From positions 1-25,979 of the forward strand of contig BAAFSQ010000137.1 in the NCBI GenBank assembly GCA_054661495.1: a stretch of 25,979 nucleotides of DNA. The letters run 5' to 3'. Source of the stretch: Zygophlyctis sp. KS116 (lineage: Eukaryota; Fungi; Chytridiomycota). The position numbers and the translations under genes were made by a program. The notes below the pieces were generated by a model. It was given only the letters and a program-made list of their open reading frames with translations, was not told the origin of the DNA and ran no database searches. Below are positions 11,750 through 23,391 of this stretch, piece by piece; position 1 is the first letter of the stretch, and each line of letters begins with the position of its first letter.

Positions 11750-12338
11750 AAGAAGAATCAGAATATCTTGCCCTTTTCTCTCATGACTCTAATCCCAACA
11801 CTACTAGTAAAACATTTTATGATACCGGGTGCACGCCAGAAAGATATTTCCGTGACAAACCACAATTTTATAAGTCAAGTAGGTACAGTGATTACAGCGT
11901 CAAATGAAACTATACAAACATTAGGCATTGGTGAAATCAGAAGCTTTGAAATCTACTTCTTAAGAATGCTAAATGTCCCTGACTTTAGTATAATTTACTA
12001 TCAGGCATTCAACTTATGAATAAAGGTTACACTCAAATTATTAAGGATGGATCTTTAAAAATAATTGATAAAAATATGTTGCGGGGGGGAATATTCAATC
12101 CTTCTTATGGTTTAATTGAAATAAACAAAGATGAGAAACTCAGCCTATCTGTTTCGCAATACCTATCACTAGATATCTGGCAGAAACGAATGGGTTGGAA
12201 AGGCGCTTTACCTCCTTATCGAGAACGATATTTAGAAGAATATGACATTTCTTCGCATTCTTTTGATCCTTGGAGTCGAATGGAGAGCTGCTCAGTTAAT
12301 TTATAGTCATAAAAGAAATATATTTTGAAGCATTAATC
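11750..12338 (+). mobile_element. Copia-like protease/pol fragment; includes repeat A copy 2 (11971-12338)
   Basis: FYDTGCT protease-like motif, VITASNETIQTLGIGEI, LNVPDFS.NLLSGIQLMNKGY, LDIWQKRMG. Confidence 0.75.
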
Positions 12339-12730
12339 TGTTAGAGATGAAACTCTTAAAGATAAAATTTATTATTAAATAAACCTAATAATTGATTTCC
12401 TAGTACTTCCATATGTGAGACTCCCAAACCTACTTGCTTAGGCCTCAAACTCAAACCTACACTGTCAATCACGTTCATCTGAACTAATCTGTCCCTCTAC
12501 ATCTTCCCCCAACTTGTTTAGCTGACGTCCTCGTCAGAACGGGCCAAACACGAAAATTCGAGATTAGATCAGTCTCAGGTGAAGCTGATACAGTTAAACG
12601 AATTACTTAGCGGTCAACAAGACCTAAACATAACTTTAAGAGAACTCTCTGGACTCGACGGACTCAGATTGAATAATTCTGTTAATAAACTCTTTTAAAT
12701 TCATTTATTTTATGATCTAACTATGAGCTC
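12339..12730 (+). mobile_element. Probable copia LTR (about 383 bp) with a PBS remnant
   Basis: Starts TGTTAGA and ends TCTAAC (inverted termini, final A missing). AATAAA near 12685. Followed by TATGAGC, resembling the GGTTATGAGC-type PBS. Confidence 0.6.
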
Positions 12731-13276
12731 CGGCCTATTTGAGCCAGCTACATTCAATTTTGGTTAGATCAATTTCATATTTCTTCAATTGTCCAAATCC
12801 TGTTAAATAAAATTTGCATGCAAATGCATGTTTGAGAAAGACCAATTTAATTAAGTTTTTGTACGTTTTCACTTGTTTGAGTCCAAGAATGAGATTTTGT
12901 TGGTCATCATCCTTCCAATTCTTCAATGCAGAGACGATGCGATCTCTGCTCACATTCCCTGTAAGTTTGATTTGTAATCTGATCTTGTCTGATCTTTCTC
13001 TTGGACAGTCACACATATTCAACCCTTAGCCTAATCAAGCGAATCCACCTTACACTCGGGGAATTGGTTGCTTAGAATTAAGCTTTTTGGAATTAAGCTT
13101 TTCGGTTATTTAAAGTAAACAACGCGTGAACTACTTTAATTTTTAGGAATTCTTTCTGAATTTTTGTAATCGCTTTTTCTGCCAGATGATGGATGTCATC
13201 ATGCTGTTAAATTCGTTACTAGCAAAGGAAAAATGAATAAGTATAGAATGACGCTGATGGTAGGCATGCTAAGGTT

Positions 13277-13294
13277 CAGGGGTTCCGAAAAAAT
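13277..13294 (+). repeat. Orphan DNA-transposon (hAT-like) terminus
   Basis: CAGGGGTTCCGAAAAAAT is identical to 23773-23790. Confidence 0.7.
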
Positions 13295-13824
13295 TAGGTT
13301 AGCAGTTGCACTCATGGTTGGATTGGATTGTCATTTTGAGATTAGGGTTAGATTATACTTTTTAAAAGAAGACTGTTGGAAGAAAATACAGATTTTTTCA
13401 GTTCCAATTATGACAGTTACTGTGGCCACAGCTGACAAAGAAATATATGAATCTACTTGGATGTCTTGGAAGAAAATGATTATTCAAAGAAAAAAAAGAC
13501 GACTGTAATTACTCTTATTGATGGTGACAAAAGAATCTATAGCCTATCATTTAGATCTGGTGACCCATCTTTCAGTGATCTACAAAATTTCAAATCCAAT
13601 TTGTTTTACCTAGGCTTTATACCTAATTTCGTAGGTTTTAAAAAAACTTTCAAATGACTATCTCAATCAGCTATTAATTTTGTTACTGTATGTTGACCAG
13701 CATGCTTGGCTATCTGATCAAATTAGAAAAAGTTACAATTGGTGCTCAGATGAATACTGCTGGAAAAAGAATCTTAAAGTCAGTTAATCCTTGGAAGCCA
13801 GATCATCAGCTCAATCCTTATTGA

Positions 13825-14400
13825 CAAGGTTAGAATGTGCTGCAACTATAACAAATGTAGGAGTGATTATAAATTGATTCATTAGTAATTTAATCTGTTC
13901 TAGTATATGTAGATTTTTAAATTTTAAATCTGATCTTGTGTTCTTATTCATTAAAATATGCTTACACCGTCAATAGCACATTGGGAATCTATATAAATCT
14001 TGATTGTTTGATTTGTGTTACATACTTCTAACGCTCCTAACATGGCTATCAATTCCGCTTTTGTTGATGATGGATTATAATGATCGATCATGATCATGAT
14101 TTTTTTCAAATTTTGTCCTTTTTTGTCCGTTATTAGTATCCCTGCACCTATTTTGTTATTTTCTTGTTTAAGCTTCCAACTGTCCTTAATTTATTTAAAT
14201 CTAGTTTTAGAGTAGAATGATCATTGTTTGAAATTTTTGAGGATTTAAAATCATGTTGTGAGATTTCAGAAACTGATCAATTTTGTTCATTGTCTGATAT
14301 AGGATGAATATCATCTGCATAAGCTATTGCCGAAATTGATAGAGAGTTAGTGAATTTATATACATTTAAGTGTTGCAGTTTTACTATAAGCTACTCTATA
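13825..14400 (-). mobile_element. Non-LTR (LINE) retrotransposon remnant: RT and RNase HI domains
   Basis: SISAIAYADDIH (YADD at 14310-14321), then after a deletion NPSSTKAELIAMLGALEVC...IKIYIDSQCAID...VAAHSN. Not in the ORF track because of stops. Confidence 0.8.
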
Positions 14401-14636
14401 CAGGAGCATTTAGTCAGATTAACCTTGAAGTAGCGTTAGCAGAAAGAATATTGGATTTGGAAGTCGCTTAGTGGAAGGAAGGTGCAAGTGACATGGGCAT
14501 TCATGGAAGCATCAAATAAAGGAGCAAACTGTAGAGAACCTAGAATTTATTCAGGACCAAGGGTTGATTTTTGATTTCGCATGGTTTAAAGATAACATCC
14601 TTTTTTTCTTTCTGACGCAACGATTTTAATTTAACT

Positions 14637-15320
14637 TTAATAGTTTTCTTCCCGGTTTGAGGAGATTGAGACCATGCTATTCAACTTCTTATCACCAGAT
14701 AATACCACAACACGTTTATCAGAGTATTTGTGTAGATAGTTCACGCATTTAATTATTTCAAAATCTGCATATTTATCCTTAAGATAATCCTTCACAGACT
14801 CCACATTTTGAATTATGAGAGAAGTATCCCCTACGACTCTAGGGTTAACTAGCTTTTCAAGAATAACAGTTGCTAACGTGGCCAAATTAGTCTTTCTGTT
14901 ATTATTGTTATCATGAGTTATTCCATCCAGCACCCTCCAGACTCTACAGAGAACCAAAATTGTACTACTATTCTTTGAAAAATGAATGAGAAAATTTTGG
15001 AGATTGTGGTTATTGTCAAAATGCCCGCGAACCATGTCTGTACCCTTAGCATTGAATATATTTAGCAGTAACTGTCTTTGTATCATTTCATTTTGTATGG
15101 CTTTTTGATGAGCTTCTTCAATCGCTTTATTCAATTTTATGCCCTCTTTTTTGCTACTGCCTGATCGATCATTGTCTGAGGCAGCACCGCTATTAGCTTT
15201 TCTGATATAATAAGTCATTCCATTATGCACCATTTGTGCATGGTCGACTGCCCGTCGATATTCCTTAATTTTTTTTTGAGGACACTTTTCGCAACGATAG
15301 ATTCTTTCAGAATTGTCAAA
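14637..15320 (-). pseudogene. C2H2 zinc finger + PIN-like ribonuclease domain protein (degenerate, or spliced at the 5' end)
   Basis: The frame stays open upstream of ATG 15233 to 15320 and reads YRCEKCPQKKIKEYRRAVDHAQMVH. The C-terminal part has HFDNN, ILVLCRVWRVLDGI, ADFEIIKCVNYL and VVVLSGDKKL, resembling PIN_4/Swt1-type motifs. Confidence 0.6.
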
Positions 15321-15518
15321 CTATTTTGACTAGTACTTCATCTTCTGATTTTGAAATCTGAGCGACTCCAACAAGCTCATCAGTTGAGTTCGAGCAGTCT
15401 CTATAGTGTTTAATCAAATTAGAGAATTAAGAGTATGTGAATTTCTTTTCACAATTCTCGCTAGGACAGTAGTAATAGCCATCAATTTTGCATTGTATCT
15501 GCATTTTTTTGTAACCCT

Positions 15519-16062
15519 TAGGACAGACAATAGCGTACAGTAAATCCTTCACTGCATTTACAGCGGAAGCCGGGATACATATAAGGGTTATAAATAGGAG
15601 CAGGTCGCGTATATAATTTTTTTAAAAATTAAGATGACTAACGAAATTGATATTTCAAAGTACTTGACTGACAAGTACGAGAAAAGTCAAAATAATTATG
15701 GGATTTGTGTTCACTGTAACACACATGTTGAATGGAGAACAGAAAGAGTTAAAAACCATTTCTTTAAAAGCTGTAAAACAGCTCCTCTAGAGTTGAAAGA
15801 GAGATTTCGAAACTCCAAGAAGAGAAAAGCGTTGTCTAGTATTTCTTATACAACTGAAGCATCTTGCTCTAATTTCTCTGAAATGTTCCCAGAAGACTCA
15901 GTTTCTACCACTCATCGTACTAGCAAGATAATTGAACATTTTAGAGTCGTAACAGATGCGTTTATTGAAAAAGTAAATGAAACTGGAATTTCTTTCAATG
16001 TTGCGGATTCCGAGTCTTTTAAAGATATTTTTAAGGAAGTCTCTCCAGGCTATAGAAATATC
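15519..16062 (+). mobile_element. hAT transposon 5' part (BED-like zinc finger)
   Basis: GICVHC...RVKNHFFKSC and GISFNVADSESFKDIFKEVSPGY; TACAG motifs upstream also occur at 20100-20180. Confidence 0.75.
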
Positions 16063-17240
16063 ATCTAAAAACCTTAATGGTTCTTATTGGACCGATCCTA
16101 CAACAACACGCTGCGCCAACTTAACAATGATTTTTGTGTCTGCCACATATGATGAAATATCTTCCCTTCCTGAATCATGCAATTTCCACTGAAATCAACA
16201 GTTTAACCTCCAAGAATACTTTCTCAATCATTAACCATCCTCCAGTGAATACTAATATCGTTGATAGTAAATGGGTGTTCAAAGTCAAATACAACACAGA
16301 TGGATCTATCAACAAATACAAGGCTCGCCTGTGTGCCCGAGGGTTTACACAAATAGAAGGAACAGACTATTATAACACATGGGCCCCCACCGGACGATAC
16401 AATTCTCTACGGTTTTTTCTTGCTCTTGCTGCTTACCACAACTTTGAAATTCGGGTCGTTGATGCTGTAACTGCATTTCTGAACTCTAAACTAGACACTC
16501 CTATATTTATGAAAATTCCTCAAGGATTTCCCAATCACTCCGATAACAAATTTTGGCAACTCAACATGACTCTGTATGGCCTCAAACAATCACCACACCT
16601 TTGGAACGTGGACCTGGATAAACATCTCCGTGCTTGTGGGTTTACTCCTTCTTCGTATGAACCATGTTTATATTTCAAGCCAACTTCCAACTCAACTGTA
16701 TCTCTGATATTCGTCTGGGTTGACGATCTTCTAATTGCCTCTCTCCCAGCTTAAATCTCTCCACTTATTGCACAACTCTCTTCGCTCTTTGATCGCAGCG
16801 ATAATGGACCTCTACAAGACTTTCTCAATCTCCGATTTTGTCATGATAAGAGTCAACGCTCAATTACTATTTCCGCCTCACACTATATTTCTCATATGCT
16901 TGTCACATTTCAAATGAAAGACTGTATTCCCGCCGCAACACCAATGGACTCCAATTTTCAACTTGTCAAGAACCGTTCTTCAAAACTGCACCATTCTATT
17001 CCATATCGCTCTTTGGTTGGCCAGCTCCTCTACTTAGCCTATACTGCTCGACCAGACATCGCTGCTGCTGTGGGTGTTTTGTGCAAATTCAGCAACGAGC
17101 CAACAAACGAGCATTTAACAGCAGCAAAAAGAGTTCTTAGATATCTTAAAGGAACCTCAGAATCCTAACCCTAGAACTATCTACGAGGACAATCAAGGTG
17201 CTATTGAACTAACTAAAAGTACCAAAAATCATTCACGCTC
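16063..17240 (+). mobile_element. Ty1/copia RT plus partial RNase H, nested in the hAT element
   Basis: IVDSKWVFKVK, YKARLCARGFTQ, DAVTAFLN, LYGLKQSP, VWVDD, YRSLVGQLLYL, RPDIA, AKRVLRYLKGT, then a jump to IYEDNQGAIEL...NHSRS. Confidence 0.95.
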
Positions 17241-17334
17241 TGATACACTTGATGTTTCATGTGAACCTTAAAAGCGGTAGCTGCCGCAATAAATTCTTTA
17301 CCTTTTTCTAAAACGTATTCTAAAGCCTCCATGT

Positions 17335-17664
17335 GATGGAATCGGTTTAATGGAAAAAGATATGTAGCTTCTGATACTTACACAACTTTTTTGGAACTTT
17401 TAGCCGAGCCTGTATTCAAGGAAAATGAAGAAATTCCGGACCTTATAAAAGATAGATGGGCCTTCTTACACACAGAGTCAATGGGATTTGCTTATTTCCT
17501 AGATCCTAGAAAGCTTGGCGGTAGGAAGATGGTTGGAGATGATAAAAAAGTACGGGAAGTCAACGAAAAGAATATTTGAAGAAGACTTTGGATGATGTCG
17601 AGCCTAAAGACATTGATGCAGAGGTCAGTTCATTTATTCAATATTGGTGCTATTTCAAGAATAC
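17335..17664 (+). mobile_element. hAT transposase middle fragment
   Basis: IKDRWAFLHTESMGFAYFLDPR motif, typical of DUF659-type hAT transposases. Confidence 0.75.
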
Positions 17665-17675
17665 GGTTAGGGTTA

Positions 17676-19745
17676 TTTTTAGTAGCGGCTGTACATGTAC
17701 CCATAATTTTAGGAGCACCGTGGTTCAGTTCAATATCTATTACTAATCTTACTTGGAAAGACAAAATTTTAAAATTCACTGATCTGAAAACAGAAGAATC
17801 TTTTTTGCTTCTCTTGAAGTTGTAGATATTTCGTATGTGGAATTCGAAGAACAGTTGGATAAGAATGAATTTGAGGAATGTGGGATTATAGATCTTTGTT
17901 CCTTTGAAGAGCCCAGCCGCGAGGAATCTCAAGAAATTAATGATCCCGAAACTAAATGTAGATTGAAAGCTCTTTTAAAAGAATACGAGGATATATTTGA
18001 AAAACCTAAAGAGCCGCCTCCCTCACGACCAGAGGATCATGCTATAAATCTTTTAAATAATTCAAATATACCTCTGGTTCGAGGAATCGGACGATTATTT
18101 GAAGCACAGCTTACTATATTAAAAAAGAAAATCAAGGAAATGTCGGAGAGTGGGTTTATCAGACCAAGCAATAGTCCTTTCGGTGCTTCTGTGTTATTTG
18201 CCAAAAAAACCAGATGGGTCATACCGAATGTGCGTCGATTATAGTGGCCTAAATGATATAACATTAAAAGATAAATCTCCTTTACCGCATTTGGGGGAAT
18301 TAAGAGATAGGGTGGCCGGATCTAAGTTGTTTAGTTCAATGGACTTACGGGACGGGTTTTACAATATCCTTGTTAAGGAAGAAGCTAGGTAAAAGACGGC
18401 CTTTAGTACTAGATATGGACAATTTGAGTTTAATGTCTTACCTATGGGGCGAACGAATTCTCCTGCTACTATGCAGGCCACTATGAACAGAATCTTTGGC
18501 CTTTATTATGTTATTTGGCAGCTGGTGTACCTGGACGACCTCTTTGTATATTCAATGGATATTACCACTCATTCGGAGTATCTTCGAAAATTGTTTTAAT
18601 TAATGCGACGGCATAGACTATATTTAAAGCAAGAAAAATGTAAATTCCTGATGCGCTCGGTTCGGTTCTGTGGGCACATCATATCTGCAAGAGGATTTGG
18701 GTTAAATATTGACAAGCTGCCGGCGTAAGACCAATCTCCTCCTTCTTCTAGCAAAGAGGTACAACGATTTTTGGGATAAGTAAATTGGTTTAGAGCGTTT
18801 ATACCAAATTGTTTTGTCCAATCTGGTGCGAAAAGATGTAGTGTTCACTTGGGGGAGAAAGGAGGCCAAATCATTTGAAGAGCTACTCAAATCATTGCAC
18901 GAGGCTCCAATTCTGGGTCACTTTGACCCTAAAAAACAAACTTATCTTTATACCGATGCCTCCCACTTTGCTCGTGGGGGATGGATTGGTCAGGAAAACA
19001 AGTCAGGTGCTATTCAGACCATTGTTTTTTACTTACGAAAGATGAACGAGCATGAAATCAAGTACCCAGTTCACGAGCAAGAATTATTAGCCATTATAAC
19101 AATGATAGATCATCATGGGGTATGTCTCTCACAAGAAGCAATTGTGAAGAATGATCTTGGTGTGGCTACAGTCGCAACCGTTCTTTTCCAGTCGACAAGT
19201 GAGATGGATTATGAAGCTCTAGGAATTTAACTTAAAAATTGAATATTTGCCAGGAAAGCTCAATAATGTTGCAGATTATCACAGCCAAGTTTAGCTCCAA
19301 AATGTCATATCTGCCAAAGCAACATTCAAGACTTTTAGCCTTCTAATGCGGGAACAGACGAGTTCACACTTTCTCGAAACGCCTCAGGAGATATTTGTTT
19401 AGTAGATTTATCGGATGAACCCAAGGCAAAAGAGCATTTAATCTCCTCGTTTCATGATAAAAGACATGCGGGAATTGATGCTACAACGAAGAGTCTAGCC
19501 CGATTTTATTCTTGGCCTAATTTCAAATCTACTGTTGAAGAGTCTATCAAAACTTGCGATATCTCTCAGAGGTTTAAAGGCCTTAATACAAAAGCCCATG
19601 GTTTGCTTCAATCTATTCCGATTCCCCATCTGAGATTTTCTTGTATTGGGATGGACTGGTTCTTTCCGCCTAAAGCACTCAATGGGAAAGATTGTGTGAT
19701 GATCATTGTCGATTATCTAACAAAATATTTTAACTCATTCCGTGT
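17676..19745 (+). mobile_element. Ty3/gypsy pol pseudogene (protease tail, RT, RNase H, integrase N-terminal part)
   Basis: IILGAPW; GFIRPSNSPFGASVLF; KPDGSYRMCVDY; MDLRDGFY; VYLDD near 18525; LYTDAS; YPVHEQELLAI; FHDKRHAG...KTCD; IGMDW...IVDYLTK. Domain order PR-RT-RH-IN. Confidence 0.95.
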
Positions 19746-19749
19746 TCTG

Positions 19750-20189
19750 CGAGAGAAGAGACGTGGTCGGTATTACTTGCTGACCAATTTCCTAGACTTT
19801 ACCGACTTGCGATACGGCTGTTTTCAATGCCGACCTCATCAGCTGCAAGCGAAAGAGCTTGGAGTGTCTTTAGTTTTATTCACTCAAAAAAAAAATGCAG
19901 ATTATTGAACGATACAGTAATGGAATTAGCCAAAGTTTATGTCAACACATCCATTTCTAAGATGGAAAATGCGAAGAAAAAGAACATGAGAGCCATTGAC
20001 TATTTTAAGGAGAATTTGAAAGTAAACGATGATAATTTTGAAACAGAAGAGGAAGAATATTGAAATTATCTAAAAATAAAGAAATATTTACCTGGAAAGT
20101 ACAGTGGACCTTAGCTACAGTGTACTACATTATACTTACCTACAGTACTGTATGAAGAAAACTCACTGTAGCTACAGCGCCGCATCCTA
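19750..20189 (+). mobile_element. hAT C-terminal dimerisation domain and right end
   Basis: LAIRLFSMPTSSAASERAWSVFSFIHSKKKCRL; clustered TACAG/CTGTA subterminal motifs ending GCCGCATCCTA (TAGG- terminus read inward). Confidence 0.85.
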
Positions 20190-20886
20190 GATAGAACCCG
20201 CGTTCATTTTTGGTACATAGTCTGTCGCGTACTGCTCTAGGTTCGGACATAACAAGAACCGATAGGTCCATAAAATATTTAGCAGGCGTCTTAATATCGG
20301 CAATTTTAATAGGTTTCTCCTTACTTGAATCCGATATACTAGACGTAGCTATGACATATTCTTCCACGTGTTTAAGCAATTCTTCTTGATAAACGCTGAG
20401 AGTTTTAAAATCGTTGGGTTTAACTCCTCCGATTTATCTTTATAGTTTATTGTATCGTTTGCGAAATTCGATTTTATGAAAGTCTTATTTCTTGCAACAA
20501 AGCCATCCATATATTTCCGAGCAAGTCTTTTGCGGTATACCCTGTCTCAACTTGAAAACTTCGAAAAGTATAATAATATTATCTTAGATCTCCTAAAGTA
20601 GTTTCTGCCTGTACTATTTATTCAAGCTTCCTAATCGCGTCAAGACGCTGATTAGTTCCTCGAAAGACTCGAAGTCTTCAGATACAAAAATTAGTAGAGT
20701 CCAAATATTTTAAGAAGTCACCAGACGCCTTAGAGTACATAAATGGATATTTCATATTGGCATAGCAAGAATTGGGACGATTTAATTCATTTAAGGGTAT
20801 CTGCACTCGGTGACCCCTAAATCCTAACTCAAAAGCGTGTTTGGTTTAATTCAGGGACGCATATTTTTCCATCACCACTCGAGAAA

Positions 20887-22352
20887 TGATTTCAGCTATG
20901 ACTGAAACTCTTGAAAACCCAAAAACTCTGTTAATTCCTAGTGACTTTGAAAAACTAGCTAAACAGAGTAACTATACTCGTTGAAAACTCCATCTTATTG
21001 ATTTATTACAACATCATGATGAATGGGATGGGGTAATTGACGCTCCTAGGTTTTTTAGTAACCCTAACTTCTAACCTGCTCTACAATTACTAAGTCTAAC
21101 TGTTGATTATTCAGTCAAAAATTTCTATTTGTAAATTGTTGCTCGACCCTTTACTTCAATATCTATGTGGAACGCCTTGAAAGCTTCCCTTGAACCAGAT
21201 TCTCTTCTGTTGAAAACTCAGTTACTTACTGAGATTGTCAATTTTACTCTTAAACTGAACTCTAATTCTGAAGAATCGCTGATAAAATTGACAAAACTTA
21301 TGTCTTCTTTCAATGCCCTCACTTGTAAAGGTTTCTCAGGCTCAGAGTTGTCTCTTATGCTGTTATATACTAAAATCTCTTTTGTTTTACAGGTGTGTCT
21401 TTAAATCCAGAGGTAGATCTTATACACTAAATAAATGTTTTGGATGTAATCCACATTTACGTCATGTGTGCTATCATTGTAAAGAAGCTGGTCAAAAAGA
21501 ATTTAATCACGTCTTTGGTTTCAAATGCACTAATAAAACGGTTGCAGTTTACCCGTTTATATCTGACAGAACAAACTGGTATCTCGACTCAGGTTGCCCT
21601 CAACATATGTCTCCTAGCACTAATAGCAGACCTAGCTGTGTTTCAATAACCACCGCGAGTGGCCATAGCAATCTACTGGAACTGGGACAGTTAAATTAAG
21701 ACATTAAGAAATAATTGATACTCTCTTTTGTCCACCCTCAGTACCAAATCTTTTGTCGGTCAGCCGCTTAGCTATAAAGAACTTTATTACTATCTTTGAT
21801 AACTCGGGATCTATCACAGTACCAAAGAATACGGATGCTGTTAAGTTTATCAACCAGTTAAGATCTCAATCTACTATCAACTCTACGCTAAATGATGGAT
21901 TATACAAAGTATCTCAGGGAAATACAAGTGCATTTATTTCAAAAACTTGGATAGAAGCCCATTAAATGTTTGGCCATAGACACTTTGAAGATCTCCCACG
22001 TATTGCCAAACTTTTTCACTGACGCTAAACCTACTATTTGTGACTGTTGTGCGCAAGGGGAAATGATTCGTGGCAATATTCCACGTTTAAATGTTAATAA
22101 TTTATCTGTATTGCCTGGACAAATCTTGGAGGGAGATTATCAAGGGCCTTTTCCGCTAACTTCATACAATAAAACAAATAGCAATATTAAATTTGTTGAT
22201 GTTGGATAAAAGTATATTTTTATGAAATGTCTTAATGGCAAGACCTCTCATGATATTGCTAAATTCTTTAGCAAAATTTATCATCAATTGCAAACGCAGC
22301 ACAATATTGCCATCAAGGTTGTTAGAACTGATAATGGATCTGAATTAAAAGG
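20887..22352 (+). mobile_element. Ty1/copia gag-protease-integrase pseudogene, same family as 748-4026
   Basis: Shares SRGR.Y...KCFGC, WYLDSGC.QHM, FCPPSVPNL, EGDYQGPF and IAIKVVRTDNG with the first copy; truncated after ELKG. Confidence 0.93.
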
Positions 22353-22359
22353 GTTAGGA

Positions 22360-23345
22360 TTGATATATGTCGTCAGTTTTTTAAGATGTCTACAAAGGAA
22401 CACTATTGGGATTGTAAACTATGTACAGATGAAAAAGGAAACTCTGTCAGAGCATTTAAGCTAACAAAAAACTCAGGATGGTCAAATCTATTTACACATT
22501 TACGGAATTCACACAAGGACTATGAAAAATTACTCAAATCAAATAAAGAGAAACATTTCTCTTCTTTTATTATTCCACAAAAGGTTCTAATACGTTTTCT
22601 TGGATTGAATTAATTGTAACCAAAAACCTTCCCCTCAGCTTTGTTGATTATCATCTGGTTAGAAAAGCAGTACATTTTGATAAGACCAGAAGAAGACATT
22701 TTGAAGAAAATAGAGACACTAATGTCTAAACTCTCAACTATTAAAAGGGCGGCGAAATTAAGGAGATTTACTAAGCTTCTACCACTAAAAAGAAATGTGA
22801 CTAGATGGTCGTCGACGGATATGATGGTGAAAAGATATTTTCAAATCAGAGAGTATTTAGATACTCGAGATTCAGAACTAAAACTATGGGTTCCAGATCT
22901 CTATGAAGAGAAAGCACTTAAAGAATTGGAAACAAAATTAAAGGACATTGAATCGGTTACTTTGAAATTACAAGAAGAAGACATTGATATGCTTTCAGTC
23001 AGAAAGCTCTTTGATGCTTTAATTAAAAGGTTTCCTGTAATGGCACAATATCTTTCCCCCACAGCAGATATTGTGCATTATCAGGCTTTTGAATCAGGAG
23101 TTTGCAAGATTTTGGTAGTAGAGGAATCATTGGACAATTCTAAATAAAAAGCTCTTGAAAATTTCAAAATTGTAGAAAAAAATTGTTATTTGGAAATACT
23201 ACTTTTCTTAAAATTTAATCGAGAACTGTGGGATGAAAAGCTTCTCGCCATATCTTATAATGAAGAAAGTTCGAAATAAGTAGAAATTGGGCTATTTTAA
23301 AGCAATAAATCAATAATTTATTGCGCTATTTTATCAATTGCAATC
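22360..23345 (+). mobile_element. hAT transposase with internal deletions
   Basis: BED-like WDCKLC...GWSNLFTHLRNSH; WIELIVTKNLPLSFVD; NVTRWSST; HYQAFESGVCKI; C-terminal LEILLFLKFNRELWD; ATTGC-rich tail. Confidence 0.88.
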
Positions 23346-23391
23346 CTCCTTATCCTTGACCATAGTAGCAGACACTGCAACTAAGGATGGT

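Noticed and set aside
4487-12338. Repeat-induced point mutation (RIP) as the cause of decay
   Set aside because: The few differences between copies of repeat A are mostly transversions (T/G, C/G, C/A, A/T) plus an indel, not directional C-to-T changes.
764-12731. GAGCTC sites near some junctions (about 765, 4030, 4911, 5067, 5723, 12726)
   Set aside because: Most lie inside elements rather than at breakpoints, and one is explained by a PBS remnant. No consistent pattern.
14840-14847. TAGGGTTA inside the PIN ORF (and TAACCCTAAC at 21059 in gag) as junction scars
   Set aside because: Both are in frame within continuous coding sequence, so they may be chance or native. They are counted in the total but not used as junction evidence.
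825-22464. Alternative genetic code or programmed frameshifting explaining broken ORFs
   Set aside because: Interruptions include all three stop codons, scattered frameshifts and large deletions, and differ between the two sister copia copies. This is ordinary pseudogenisation.
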